Part shown: positions 12,258-24,172 of the stretch, in pieces | How the letters are laid out: each line of letters begins with the position of its first letter | How positions within the stretch are numbered: position 1 is the first letter of the stretch | NCBI GenBank assembly: GCA_964016885.1 | Contig: CAXHJY010001137.1 | Location: 1 to 64,000 of the forward strand | From: Eledone cirrhosa | Lineage: Eukaryota | Length of the DNA stretch: 64,000 nt | Reading direction: 5' to 3' | Made by a program: the position numbers and the translations under genes | The notes under the pieces: generated by a model | Told to the model about the DNA's origin: nothing | What the model saw: the letters and a program-made list of their open reading frames with translations, nothing else | Database searches by the model: none

Positions 12258-14159
12258 ATGTTAAACGCAGCGAACGAAAATAGTGGTGGGGGGACAGCGG
12301 TAAGAGTTGTAAGCTCGCACGCTTTAGTCCTCCCTTCCTTCCCAACTAACGTCATAGAGAAGGAAGGAAAAATTAAAATAAAAACGGACGAATCTGCGGA
12401 GAAAAAATTAAATGACGAAAACACAAATCTGGACTTGGATTCCAACAACGAAAAAAAAAAATTTGAAAAATTGCATGACAATACTAATAACACAAACAAA
12501 GACACAACAAACAAAAAAATAACAGTTGAAAATAACACCATATCAGAAAACAAAGCAGACGACAAGATTTCATTTGCACAGAAAACAAAGAAATCTTTGA
12601 CTTATATAGCGGAAAACATTTCAGATGTGGTACGAAGGATCACGGACGCCAAACAATACATAAGTGAAGGAGAGAATGGCATTTTATCGGTAAAAATGCC
12701 TCAAGAATTCACGAAAGACATTGAAAGCCGAACGGTCAAGTTTCGGACCATCAACAACAGTACAAAAAAACCTGAACAACCTTCTCAAGCAGATATCAAA
12801 ACAGTACTCACAGAAGTACTGAATGAAACAACTTTCATAAGAAAAGACAGACTGTATGGAAGCCTAGCAATTATCATGAAGAACGAATCGGCGGCAAAAA
12901 AATGTGCTTTGTCACCGATTCGTTCGAAAAATTTCACCTTTTATCCATCTTATATGGGGAAAAGAACTCAACGCATATGGCTGGATGCAATGATGCCAGA
13001 TGTGGACTACTGCTGGCTCATAGCTGGCTTCATCGATCCAGTGAATGACAACGTGATTTCCATTGGGAAAACCACAGGCAATGCGTTCAGTGGAACAGGT
13101 ATAGAGCTGGTAGTACAAATGAAGCCTGAACGCATCGCCCAAATACCCGACAGAATCCTATTAGAGGACCACGGGTATATAAACATTAGCGTGGAGGGGA
13201 GAAGGCTGTCCTGCCATATCTGTGCAGGAAGAGGGCACCTGAAGGCCGCTTGTCCCCAACTCAACAAAAAGAAAACCCTGCTACCAACACCAGCTCCACC
13301 ACCACCACCACAACAGATAAACAAACAACAAAACTCAGTTCCACCCAACCCGTCCCTCAGTAAAACCACAACACCACCACAACACAAACAGTCACAACAC
13401 ATTACCCCAAAACAAAATACAGGCCCACCCAACCTCTCACTCAATAAAACAACACAACCACCGCAGACACAACACACAACACAGTCTAACATAGTGACAT
13501 CCATCTCCCCCACAAAGAAAACCAACACGGAAACATTACCAGCAAACATACCTCTTCCCTCCAACACTGAAGATAACCCAACGAATTCGGAGGAAGAAAC
13601 GGAGTCCTTCAGACAGATTAAAAGGAAAAAAAGAAAACATGTGCAAAACACACAAGGACAAACAACCCCCACCCAAATCTCAACACAATCCAACAAAACA
13701 GAAAACACCCCCCCAGCAACAAACAAAACCAAACCTGCCCCTCCCCTCTTCGAAACACTCACACCATCGGAAAAAAAGACATTACACTATACTTACATCA
13801 ACAGAAACAATAATAAATTAAATGAACTCATATACAATAATCCTTCGGTACAAACCGAAGGTGTAAACTTTGTTTCGTCAGAAAACCACCCACATTTAAA
13901 ACTAATAAAGATCCCAATGAACCTCTACCAAAAACTAAAAAAGGATTTTAAGGAGGACGTAGGACCACCCTCTGTCAAACCCATAAACCGCGTCCTACTA
14001 AAAAGCTTTCCCCCTCTCCTTCCCCTCCCCAACACAACTCCAAACACCCCAACCCCACCACACACTGACGACCCCACACCACCACAAGACACCCCTTCAC
14101 CCAACACCCCCGACCCCATGGAAGTCGTGCAACCCGAACCCCGGGAAGCGGAAAGGTAG
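12258..14159 (+). CDS. Tx1 ORF1 (gag-like nucleic-acid-binding protein, CCHC zinc knuckle)
   Basis: 633 aa; CHICAGRGHLKAAC knuckle; P/T/Q-rich disordered C-terminal half. Confidence 0.9.
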   Translation: MLNAANENSGGGTAVRVVSSHALVLPSFPTNVIEKEGKIKIKTDESAEKKLNDENTNLDLDSNNEKKKFEKLHDNTNNTNKDTTNKKITVENNTISENKADDKISFAQKTKKSLTYIAENISDVVRRITDAKQYISEGENGILSVKMPQEFTKDIESRTVKFRTINNSTKKPEQPSQADIKTVLTEVLNETTFIRKDRLYGSLAIIMKNESAAKKCALSPIRSKNFTFYPSYMGKRTQRIWLDAMMPDVDYCWLIAGFIDPVNDNVISIGKTTGNAFSGTGIELVVQMKPERIAQIPDRILLEDHGYINISVEGRRLSCHICAGRGHLKAACPQLNKKKTLLPTPAPPPPPQQINKQQNSVPPNPSLSKTTTPPQHKQSQHITPKQNTGPPNLSLNKTTQPPQTQHTTQSNIVTSISPTKKTNTETLPANIPLPSNTEDNPTNSEEETESFRQIKRKKRKHVQNTQGQTTPTQISTQSNKTENTPPATNKTKPAPPLFETLTPSEKKTLHYTYINRNNNKLNELIYNNPSVQTEGVNFVSSENHPHLKLIKIPMNLYQKLKKDFKEDVGPPSVKPINRVLLKSFPPLLPLPNTTPNTPTPPHTDDPTPPQDTPSPNTPDPMEVVQPEPREAER

Positions 14160-14192
14160 GTCTCTACACTCTCCTTTGGCTCTGCCGCCCAC

Positions 14193-17100
14193 ATGGATGT
14201 GTTAAGAGTAGGATGTTTGAATGCACGTGGCCTGGGCTCAACTTGGAAGCAAGCAAAGCTTCTAAATGACCTCAGGTCATGTAGTATAAATGTAATGGTT
14301 ATCTGTGAGACTCGAATCAGCGTCGTGCGGCAGCTGGCCCCCACCTTCGATGACTTTGAGGTGCATGCATCTCTCTGTCAACCTGGAGGTGGGGGTGGGG
14401 TTGTCGTACTGCTGCAAAAACACCTGGGTCTTGCCGTACAGGTTGTGCACTCGGACCCGGAGGGTCGTTTGTTGGTGCTAGACGTTGGCAGTAGTGAAAG
14501 TGCGGCCTTGAGACTGGTCGCCGTCTACTCCCCTTTCGGAGCTGAACGGCCCGACTTCTTCCAGCGTTTGGAGACTTTTCTGGGAACGTCGCGTTCCCTG
14601 CTTCTAGCGGGGGATTGGAATGACATCCTGGATGCACGTTGGGACTATGCAGGAGCATGTCCTAATAGAGGGGGGTGTAACAGCCTCAAGGGGTTACTCG
14701 ACCGTTTTAACTTGGTCGATAGATATCGACTAGATTTTCCAACTGTGCCTACCTGGACTTGGAGAAACCACAGTGGTCAATCTAGATCGTACTTAGATAG
14801 ATTCTTAGTTAGAAGTAAGGATAGGGACATATTAAGCTGTCCAGAAATGCGCACGGTTGGCTACACGGATCACAAATTAGTGACCTGCGTGGTCAATCTC
14901 GAGAAAACACATAGACAGGGTCCCGGTTACTGGAAACTTAATTTGTATTTACCGGCAAAAGAGACTTACAGAAACCGGATTAGCAGATTAGTTAAGGAGA
15001 GGTTGACGGGTGCAATCGTCAACAACCGATGGTGGGCATCTCTCAAAAGAGAGATTAGAACAGAATCAATAAGTTATAGCAAGATGTTAGCTGCCGATAG
15101 GAATAGAAACGAGAAAGAATTAACAGGTAAATTAGAAGAGGCAATCAAGAGCGAAGATGTGGCCAGAGTGCTGGCATCGAGGACGGCCTTGAACCAGTTT
15201 TTCGATGCAAAGCACGAAGGCTGCGTCATTCGAAGTAAAATACGTGCTCTAGGTAATGAGGGGGCCAAAGCCGTTGGATGGGCCCGCGTGACAGAAGCTA
15301 AGAGTGGAAATCGATCCACCATCCGGTCGTTGCAAGACGGAGATGGACGAGTGATCCGGGAGCCTAAGCAGATGTGCGAGGCCTTTCAAAAGCACTTTGC
15401 CCGATTGTTCGGGGGAGGCGAGGGTCCGGGCCGGGGCGTGGATTTCGGTCCATACCTCGACGGCCTGCCGCGTCTCTCGAACGAAGAGGCAGAGTCCTGC
15501 GAGGGACCAATCTCGGCTGATGAGATCGGAGATGCGCTGAGCCAATGCAGCAGACGCAAATCTCCAGGTCTCGATGGTATACCTTACGAACTTTATTTAG
15601 CAATGCCGGTCTTCTTCTCCGAACTCCTCGGAGCGGTCTACTGCAATTGGCAGCAGAACGGGAGAATTCCTTGTTCTGTAGCCAAGGGCGTAGTCACGCT
15701 GGTGAGGAAGGACGAGAACAAGGGGGATAGTATAAATAATTTTCGGCCCATAACCCTGCTAAATACAGAGTTAAAGATTTTGGCCAAGGTGTTAGCAAAG
15801 AGGTTGGCGCTTGTCGTGGGTGGCCTGGTGGGAGATGCGCAGACATGTGCTATCCCATCCAGGTCCATTCACGATAACCTCCACCTCATGCGATACATCA
15901 TAGAGAGGGTTGGCAACAAACCCGGCTTCGGTGGGGCCCTGATCAACTTGGATCAGTCTAAGGCCTTCGATAGGGTCGACCATGGTTACCTGGATGCGGT
16001 GCTAGCGGCGGCTGGGTTCGGTCCTGTTTTCAGAGGCTGGATCACTGCCCTACATAGCAACCACATCTGTTCTAGGATCAAGGTGAACGGCTACCTTTCG
16101 AAGCCGTTCGAAATCACACGATCCATTCGACAGGGGTGCCCTCTCTCCTCCCTTCTGTACGTATTGACTCTCGAGCCTTTACTGAGGAAGTTGGAGTTGT
16201 TGCAGGGTATCCCCCTGGAACCAGGATTGAGCAAAGCGGTGTCGGCCTACGCCGATGACGTAACAGTAATGGTATCAACCGACTCGGAGATCGAGGCGAT
16301 CGGTACCTTACTGGAGGAGTACGAAAGGTTGTCAGGAGCGAAACTGAACCGGGAAAAATCCATCGGGCTGCAACTCGGAACGTGGAGAGGCAAACCGATG
16401 CCTCCTGACGGTGTCGTCGGACACTGGACGGAGGGCCCGGTAAAGTTGCTTGGGGTCTGGTTTGGACCGGACCTCCAGGTGGAAAAGAACTGGAACGAGG
16501 TTACGAACAAGGTGTTTGCACTAACCCAGAAATGGGCCAAGTGTAAGCTGTCCCTAAAAGGCCGGGCGGAGGTGGCGAACATTTACATAGCGTCCGTCAC
16601 TTACTACCGCCTGACTGTCGTGCCTTGCCCTAAGGAAACACTCACCACCATGGAACGCATGCTCTTCCAATTTCTTTGGAAGAAGCGTCCTCCTATGGTG
16701 AGAAGATCCATCTGCTGCCAACAACCTTCGAAAGGAGGGCTGGGGATGCCGTGGTTGATGATGCGTAGGCACGCATTAAGGCTACGGCACCTACAGGTAT
16801 TCCTCACTGGTCAACCGGTGTGGGCTCCATTCGTGAAACGAGCCTTTCCGAGACTCGTCTCACTCACCGAGCTACAGTCCTGGGTCAAGCAAAGATCCGG
16901 AAAACTGGTAGACTGGCACACTGAGTGTGCTCAGGCGCTCAGGGCTCTCTGGCAAGCGGGCCAGGCCATCGGTGGAGAATCCACCTCATCATTCTATAGA
17001 GGGCTGGTGGCTAGCAGGGGCGATGACACCCTTGGAGAGTCGCTGGACATGGAAGAAGACGAACTGGCCAGCCTGTTCGGTAGGACTTTCGGCCCAGGAC

Positions 17101-17630
17101 CAATGGACAACTTCCAGAAGTCACTGGCCTGGCAGTGCTACCGGGGGGCTCTACCCGTTCGAGAGAGGCTCTACAGACACGGGCGCCCGGGCAGGGATCC
17201 CTCAAAAAAGATTTGCCCTAGATGCGTGCGTCACGAAGAAACCGTAGCGCACGCATTGGTGCAATGTCCGGGCGTGGCTGATCTGTGGGGCTACGCCGAA
17301 CAACTGCTGTCGCGGGTGGCGCCGATTCGATTGACCGCCGAGTCCGTGATGACAATCAAACCGCCTCCCCTCTTCACAAAGGAAGCAAAGGCGGTTTTTC
17401 TGTGCGTAATAGCCATGTTGAAAGAGGTTGTTTGGTGGACACGATTGAAAGGTCTGAGGTCAGGCAACTTCCTCTCTGGCCATAGTCTGGTCTACTTCTT
17501 CCGATATCACTTCGGAAGAAGGATAAGAATGGAGAGAGAGGTGCTTGGCCACAGGCAGTTTTATGAAAGGTGGGTGATAGTGGCGAGACTGGCTCGTGTA
17601 AATGGGCCTTCTCTGTATACCATCCTGTAG
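14193..17630 (+). CDS. Tx1 ORF2: APE endonuclease, reverse transcriptase and C-terminal zinc finger
   Basis: 1145 aa; LNARGL, GDWN, YLDRF, TDH (APE); SPGLDG, FRPITLLN, KAFDRVDH, RQGCPLS, YADD (RT); CPRC..HEETVAHALVQC. Confidence 0.96.
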   Translation: MDVLRVGCLNARGLGSTWKQAKLLNDLRSCSINVMVICETRISVVRQLAPTFDDFEVHASLCQPGGGGGVVVLLQKHLGLAVQVVHSDPEGRLLVLDVGSSESAALRLVAVYSPFGAERPDFFQRLETFLGTSRSLLLAGDWNDILDARWDYAGACPNRGGCNSLKGLLDRFNLVDRYRLDFPTVPTWTWRNHSGQSRSYLDRFLVRSKDRDILSCPEMRTVGYTDHKLVTCVVNLEKTHRQGPGYWKLNLYLPAKETYRNRISRLVKERLTGAIVNNRWWASLKREIRTESISYSKMLAADRNRNEKELTGKLEEAIKSEDVARVLASRTALNQFFDAKHEGCVIRSKIRALGNEGAKAVGWARVTEAKSGNRSTIRSLQDGDGRVIREPKQMCEAFQKHFARLFGGGEGPGRGVDFGPYLDGLPRLSNEEAESCEGPISADEIGDALSQCSRRKSPGLDGIPYELYLAMPVFFSELLGAVYCNWQQNGRIPCSVAKGVVTLVRKDENKGDSINNFRPITLLNTELKILAKVLAKRLALVVGGLVGDAQTCAIPSRSIHDNLHLMRYIIERVGNKPGFGGALINLDQSKAFDRVDHGYLDAVLAAAGFGPVFRGWITALHSNHICSRIKVNGYLSKPFEITRSIRQGCPLSSLLYVLTLEPLLRKLELLQGIPLEPGLSKAVSAYADDVTVMVSTDSEIEAIGTLLEEYERLSGAKLNREKSIGLQLGTWRGKPMPPDGVVGHWTEGPVKLLGVWFGPDLQVEKNWNEVTNKVFALTQKWAKCKLSLKGRAEVANIYIASVTYYRLTVVPCPKETLTTMERMLFQFLWKKRPPMVRRSICCQQPSKGGLGMPWLMMRRHALRLRHLQVFLTGQPVWAPFVKRAFPRLVSLTELQSWVKQRSGKLVDWHTECAQALRALWQAGQAIGGESTSSFYRGLVASRGDDTLGESLDMEEDELASLFGRTFGPGPMDNFQKSLAWQCYRGALPVRERLYRHGRPGRDPSKKICPRCVRHEETVAHALVQCPGVADLWGYAEQLLSRVAPIRLTAESVMTIKPPPLFTKEAKAVFLCVIAMLKEVVWWTRLKGLRSGNFLSGHSLVYFFRYHFGRRIRMEREVLGHRQFYERWVIVARLARVNGPSLYTIL

Positions 17631-18592
17631 GTAAAGAAGTAAAGGAGAGGGGAGCACCTTCTCCATGTGCTCCCCGGGCAAAGGATTGCACACTTTTTCG
17701 GGGGTGTGTGCAACCCCCATCACGTCCCCTCCCTTTTTTTCATGTTACACCCTTTTTACTCGATTATATGTAAACTCCCCCTTTGTATTTGTCCCTTCTT
17801 TTTATGCCTTTATGGTAAATAAAGAAATCTATCTATTTAGATTAGCTCTTTCTAGCTATAATCATCATCTGGGTGAAATTGGTCACCCGCAAGAGTAATC
17901 CTTGCCGGTAAGAATGACTATTTTAACGTGTCTCACTCGCTATCCACTGAGGTAATGCTTACACCATTCTGTACGCTGGAACCAGGTACAATAAGGTGAC
18001 GTACATCCTGAGTTTCTGCAAGTCGGAGAGGCTGAGAAAACGAATGGGTGTACGGTATGACTAACCTTTCATCGACTGGTTCGTGCTGTTACCGTTAGTC
18101 ACCACACACACACACTCACATACACACATACATACATACAGACATACATTGGTACATACATACATAACTAATGATAAACAAAGAATAGTAATGGGACCAA
18201 ATACAGCCAGTCAATAAGAACGCGTCAAGCAATGAGTCTCATTCATATTGTTAAGTCCAAAATGGTAGAAAGAAAAACATAATTAGTAATTGTCACCCCT
18301 CTCTCTCTCCTTCTCTGGGTTACTCCAATCTTACTATCTATCTATCTCGTTGTCTCTCTTGGTTAGCTCTATATGTCAATCTCTTTCGAGTTACAATCGT
18401 CATCCCTCACGTCTGAGAACGTTCTCCCACATTGTCTGGTCATATACCATCAATGGTATAGGTTGCTGATATTTATGCTTATACACACCCTCATCTGCAC
18501 GTGTGGGATGAATTAGTTATATAACCTGTCACTAAACTAGATTTAAAATAATAATTAAAGAAACAAAGTTTATTAAAAAGAAAGTATGTATG

Positions 18593-18886
18593 CAGAGGCA
18601 TAACTAGGGAAAACAGCGCCAATGGCAAGCAGTAAAATTGCACCCTTGCCCAGCTCTATATCTTTACCTATGGGCCTAATAATTTATATAAATGGTTTAA
18701 TGATCCATCCACCATAGTGTTATCATCCATGATAATCAGACAGGACATACATCTGAAGGAGTTTTTTTTTACTCTCCGACGAGGCTTATTTGACTTTAAT
18801 AGAATGTGCTCATAGTCCAAGTGGTGCCCCCTTCATGTGACGCTCATGGCACGTGACATACTTGCCATACCCTAGTTACGCCTCTG
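18593..18886. mobile_element. hAT-type MITE with 8-bp TSD
   Basis: TIR cagaggcataactaggg / ccctagttacgcctctg; TSD tatgtatg on both sides; a related right end lies at ~56836-56987. Confidence 0.85.
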
Positions 18887-19759
18887 TATGTATGTATATG
18901 ACGACGTTGCCTCGAAGGACAGCGAGGGAAACGCATTGAAATGGCCATAACAAATCGTGGGTACACTCCTGCGGATGGCCAATCCACCCCGATAGCAGTG
19001 AATCGCTTATCTTCTGGGTTAGTCACATCTTCGTATTTGTCTGTCATCCTCTCTAGGTTAGTCGTAATTCTGCACTTGTATGACTCCAGCTATTACCGGC
19101 TTCCTCCATCCAGTTCAGTCCTATCTTTATAATCTGTCTGTATGTCTCTCACGTTCCCCCAAGTTCAGTCATATCTTTACCAGATAGAAAAATGCGTACA
19201 GCAAAAAAAAGTAATATTGTTGGAATATAAACCTTTAAAAATACAGGACAAGAAACTAAAATAAAACTTTAAAAGAATAGGACAAGAAACTAAGATACAA
19301 CTTTAAAAGAATAGGACAAGAAACTAAGATAAAACTTTAAAGAATTGGACAAGAAATAAAAAAATGTTACAATAATATTAGTGGCAAGAGGTGATCCAAT
19401 GTGTGAGCATGTAACTAATCTTATAGAAGTTGTTACCACCTGGCTTTTAGTGACATTTGACTGATTTGACTGATAATGATGTATTTTTAAAAAGTATGTG
19501 TACATTCTTGTTACTATTTTAAGGCAATGCAAGCAACAACTATTTAATAAAATTTAAATTTAAAAATGACCATTGTGCATTACTAGTATGATGACATTTT
19601 ATTAAGTCACAAAATTAGTCAGTCAGCCATAGAACAAGGATCAGGTGGCAAAAACATTGGCAAAAATTTGTGTCAATTTAAGATTTCCAACATTTTTCAA
19701 ATGAATCATATCTGGTTTGAAGTCAGATTTGTCAAATTTTGACCAATTTTCAATGTTGT

Positions 19760-20102
19760 GAAGATTGGGCAAGTTCAATTTTTGAATCATTTCTTTCATG
19801 CAGTAATTAAACTTTTCCAAACGTCGTCATTTCTGGATTACTTCCCCTAGCGTCACGCTTACTACTCACTCACTTGAACACAAGATTTATCAGCAAACTT
19901 TGATTATAAACTTTTTCCCGCTGGACCAAATTTCTAGATTTTTAAGCCAAAAGATGCGTAATGATCTACTGTTCATGCTCATATAAGTTTTATCTCAGTT
20001 AAATAAAGTAGAGCCGCGCTGTACTGTCGTAAACAGACGGTTGCCAACGAAAACACGACCACAACAATATTACTAAACGGACTAACGTCCGTTTAGGATA
20101 AT
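19760..20102 (+). mobile_element. Possible Helentron-associated non-autonomous element 3' end
   Basis: Terminal hairpin ctaaacggac-taac-gtccgtttag (20073-20096) preceded by acaacaatat; 5' boundary not determined. Confidence 0.35.
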
Positions 20103-21180
20103 CTCTGTCTCTCTGCATCTCTCCGTCTTGCTATTACCGTCATCCTTTCTCTAGTTCAGTCCTATCTTTACAATCTTTCTCTCTCCCCACTCTCTAAATC
20201 TGTCATATTTTTATAATCTGTCTGACTGTCTCTCTTACCCCTCTCTAGTTCAGTCATATCTTTATGATATCTCTCTCTCTCTCTCATCCTCACTATGTTA
20301 GTTATAATTCTGCACTTGTATGTCTCTAGTTATTACCGCCTTCTCTCTAGTTATAATCTGTCTTTTTCTCATCCTCTCTCGGTCCAGTCATATCTTTATA
20401 ATCTCTCTCTCTCTCTCTAGTTTAGTCTTATTTTTGTAATCTTTCATCCTCTCTAGGTTAGTCTTAACTCTGCACCTGTATGTCTCTAGCTATTACTGTC
20501 ATCCTCTTTGTAGTCGAGTCATATCATTATAATCTCTCTCTCATCCTCACTAGGTTAGTCCTAATTCTGCACCTGTATGTATAGCTATTACCGTCTTCGC
20601 CCTATCCAGTTCATTCCTATTTTTTACAATCTGTCTGTCTCTCTCACATCCTCTCTCAAGTTGAGTCCTATCTTTATAATGAATCTGTAGCTGTCATCTT
20701 CTTTAGGTTAGTTCTAATTCTGTATTTGTCTCTCTGTCTGGTTATAATTGTCACGCTGGGTCTATTTATTTGCCTCTCTGACAGTCAGTCTGTGTATTTA
20801 CTTGTCTGTGATTCCACCTAACCAACCAGCCTCTCTCCTTCCCTGTTCGCTACTCTACATGTCTATTTGCGGTGCAGTCAGTTATAATCAGTGAACAAAC
20901 TTACTATCTATCCAACTATGTCTGTCTTTCTCTAACTTTACGTATGAATCTACCAGTCTACACGTATCAACTATGTAATTTGTTTGTGAGTTGTTTTCCA
21001 TCCGTCGTCAGTCTATCTTTCATTACTATAGTACCAACCAATACAGCGGGGGTTATGAATAATATAAGCATACGAAATCATATTCATTATGTATTGAGGT
21101 CTCGTGTCAAGTTAAAGCCCACGCCGGCATCTTCGACAGTGTGGGATGAAGATCGAACTGGTTTTAAGAATTCATCAGGA

Positions 21181-21555
21181 CCCTCTCTTTCTTACATCTC
21201 TTTCTCTCACCTCTCTCTTTCACACATCTTTCTCTCATCTCTCTCTGTCTCTTACATCTCTTTCTCTCACCCCTCTCACTCTTACATCTATTTCTCTCGC
21301 CTCTCTCGTTCACACAACTTTCTCTCACCTCTCTCTGTCTCTTACATCTCTTCATCTCACCTCCCTCGTTCACACAACTTTCTCTCACCTCTCTCTCTTA
21401 CATCTCTTTCTCTCACCCCTTTCCTTCACATCTTTCTCTCACCTCTCTCTCTCTTATATCTCTTTCTCTCACCTCTCTACCTCACACATCTTTCTCTCAT
21501 CCCCCTCTCTCTCTTTCTCTTTCTCTCTCTATCTCTATCTCTTTCACTCTCCTTA
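21181..21555. repeat. CT-rich minisatellite (catctctttctctcacc units)
   Basis: Direct inspection. Confidence 0.85.
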
Positions 21556-21789
21556 GCTACCTGCCTGTCTTTATTTAGGTATAGGTTTAAATCTAAATCT
21601 TCTCAGTGATGTGTTTCCCTGTCTTGTAAGTTTAACAAGCTGTCTGTCTGTCTGTCTGTCTGTCCGTCTTCTATTATCGGTTTACATCTCATTCAGTGAG
21701 GTTGTTTGTCTGTTTGGTACATCTCATTCATTACTCTCTCTCTCTGCTTCCTTAATGTATCTATCTATCCCCATCTCTATATATCTAGA

Positions 21790-21824
<35 letters not shown>

Positions 21825-22339
21825 GAATTACTCAATATTTCCTGGAGAAGCGATCATATATTTATTTATTTATTTATTTATTTATTTATATTTGTATCAG
21901 ATAAAAAAGTTTAACATCAATTTGCATCATCGCACGGAATATTGTTCTTGCCTCGTGTGTGTAAGAGTGTGTATGTGTATATGTATGTATGCATGTGACT
22001 GTGTGTATATGTGCATGTGTGTCTGTGTATGTGTGAGCGTGTGTATTTGTGGGTGTGTATGTATTAGTGTATGTGTGTGTATGTCTGTATGTATGTGTGT
22101 CTGTATGTATGTGTGTGTGTGTCTTTTACGTTAGTGTTTTACTTGAGTCTAGCTAAATAAACAAACTGGGGTCATATTTATTTTCATTATATCTGTCATA
22201 ACCGTAGTTAAAAGTTGTTCTAGTTATTGTTATCAGTACACACGATACTGTGTTGAACTAGATTAGACAGGTTAGTGCCTCCAGGTACCATATAATTACT
22301 GCAGTGAAAATATTAACCTAAAACCATGTTCACTGCTGG

Positions 22340-22582
22340 ATAAAACCTGGAGGCCCAGCAGTAAAAATTGGTGAGGTCTTAAGTTGTATAAAGCTTTAAG
22401 ACACCTTGTTAAAAATTGATGAGGTCCTAAACTATAAAACTTTAAGATCCCTTGTTAAAAATTGGTGAGGTCCTAGGTTGTATAAAACTGAGAGGACAAT
22501 CGTTAAAAATTGGTGAATCCCTATAGCCTGGAGGCTCCTTGTTAAAGATTGGTGAAGCCCTAGGATGTATAAAACTTGGAGG
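22340..22582. repeat. ~45-bp minisatellite (gttaaaaattggtgaggtcct...)
   Basis: About 5 diverged tandem units. Confidence 0.8.
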
Positions 22583-22996
22583 ACACAGAAGGTCTCACAA
22601 GAATGAAGGCATATGCCTTTTGATTATTTTGTGACCCATCTTTACATGAGCAAACCACTTCATTTCCCCTTGCTCCAGTCCAAGCAGCTGAAAATGTGTA
22701 CCAGCAGTAGCTGGAGGTTAACTCTGTAATGGACAGGTGTCCTGGTCCAAGTGGAGAGACATGTACTCTTAATCACTTAGCGTAATGGAATCTGGACAAG
22801 CAGGGTTAAACCAATCTCTGAGATAGGTGTCATGACCCAGTGATTGATGTGATTGATATTCTCTGAGTCTGAGAAGCATTTGTAATATAATGGCTATTTT
22901 TAACATTTTATTAATGTTTTTAACTATCATTTACCTTGTAAGGTGCATGTAGTATTTGACACAAAATGTAAACTTACTGCACAAAATTAGATTTAG

Positions 22997-23272
22997 AACT
23001 GCACAAGCATGGGTCAACTACAAAAGCAGGGATAAACTACACAAGCAAGGATAAACTACACAAGCTTGGATCAATTGCAGAAGCAATGAGTCAACTACAC
23101 AAGCAGAGGTCAACTACATAAGAATGGATAAACTACACAGACATTGGTCAACTACAAAAGCATGGATCAACTACACAAGCAGGGTTCAACTACACAAGCA
23201 GGGCTCAACTACACAAGCAGGGCTCAACCACACAATCAGGTATCAACTACACAAGCTGGGTTCAACTACAAG
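22997..23272. repeat. ~19-20-bp minisatellite (caactacacaagcagg.t)
   Basis: More than 10 tandem units. Confidence 0.85.
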
Positions 23273-23559
23273 TTAAAATAATCACTGGTTAATATATCCA
23301 GGAGCTGAAAATGTTTGTAGGATGTTGGTGTCTAGCCCTAGGTTAATTCTGCTCAAACAGGCCTATGATCACAGAAAGTTGTTCCAGATATAATTAATAC
23401 AGTTTCTATTTCAGACATACTTACACCCACCTACCCACCCACCTTAGACGCTAATGTCTGTTATATTTTTATCAAAACAACAATTAAAACTTTATTTTTA
23501 TCCCTAGAGGGAGACATAAATTAATTTAAACAACAGCTCTGAATGGGATTAACAGATGT

Positions 23560-23927
23560 TATTGCTAGGAATATATGTATGATGTGCATGTGTGTGTTGT
23601 TCTCCATCAGTTTCCACAAAAAGTGCTCCAGTTGTTTGAACAACAGAACAGCAAGCATGTGAAATAGATTTCCATGTGGGTGGCTGAGCATTCTACAGAC
23701 ACGTGTATCCTTAATGTAGTTCTCAAAGAGATTCAGCATGACAAAGTGTGTGAAAAGGCTGGCTCATTGAATTACAAGTAGAACTAATTTTTGCCTGCTG
23801 AATAGCTGGAGCAATGTGAAATAAAGTGACTTTCTGAAGGAAACAACATGCCACCTGCTCAGGGACTCAAACTTTCGACCTTATGATCATGAGCAGAATA
23901 TGCTAACCACTAAGCCACACACCTTCA
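23560..23927 (-). mobile_element. tRNA-derived SINE, second family (CORE-like body)
   Basis: Head gaaggtgtgtggcttagtggttag; body cactttatttcacattgctccag; related copies at ~25080-25340 (-), ~27785 (+) and ~54965-55155 (-). Confidence 0.7.
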
Positions 23928-24046
23928 ACAGCAGCAGTAGCAGTAACCACAACAACAGCAGCAACAACAAGTGTTTTTTTGTTTAATGAAATAATGAATA
24001 TATAATTTTACAAGTGCCATATAAATACCATATAATAAATATTATT

Positions 24047-24094
24047 TATAAGTATGTATACGTACATACATATATGTATACAGACGTACAGTAG

Positions 24095-24172
<78 letters not shown>

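Larger units (their letters stand above)
12028..17827 (+). mobile_element. Full-length L1-superfamily Tx1-clade non-LTR retrotransposon
   Basis: Two open ORFs; 22-bp TSD tctatctatttagattagctct at 12006-12027 and 17828-17849; 3' end AATAAAGAAA without poly(A). Confidence 0.95.

Noticed and set aside
13007-17723. Antisense and alternative-frame ORFs over the Tx1 element
   Set aside because: Shadow ORFs of the real ORF1 and ORF2.
17860-18100. Unique-looking, CpG-containing segment after the Tx1 element (also 18900-19020)
   Set aside because: No open frame with convincing splice sites or recognisable motif; left unannotated.
21110-21182. CTGATGA on the minus strand
   Set aside because: No GAAA or stem III at a compatible position.
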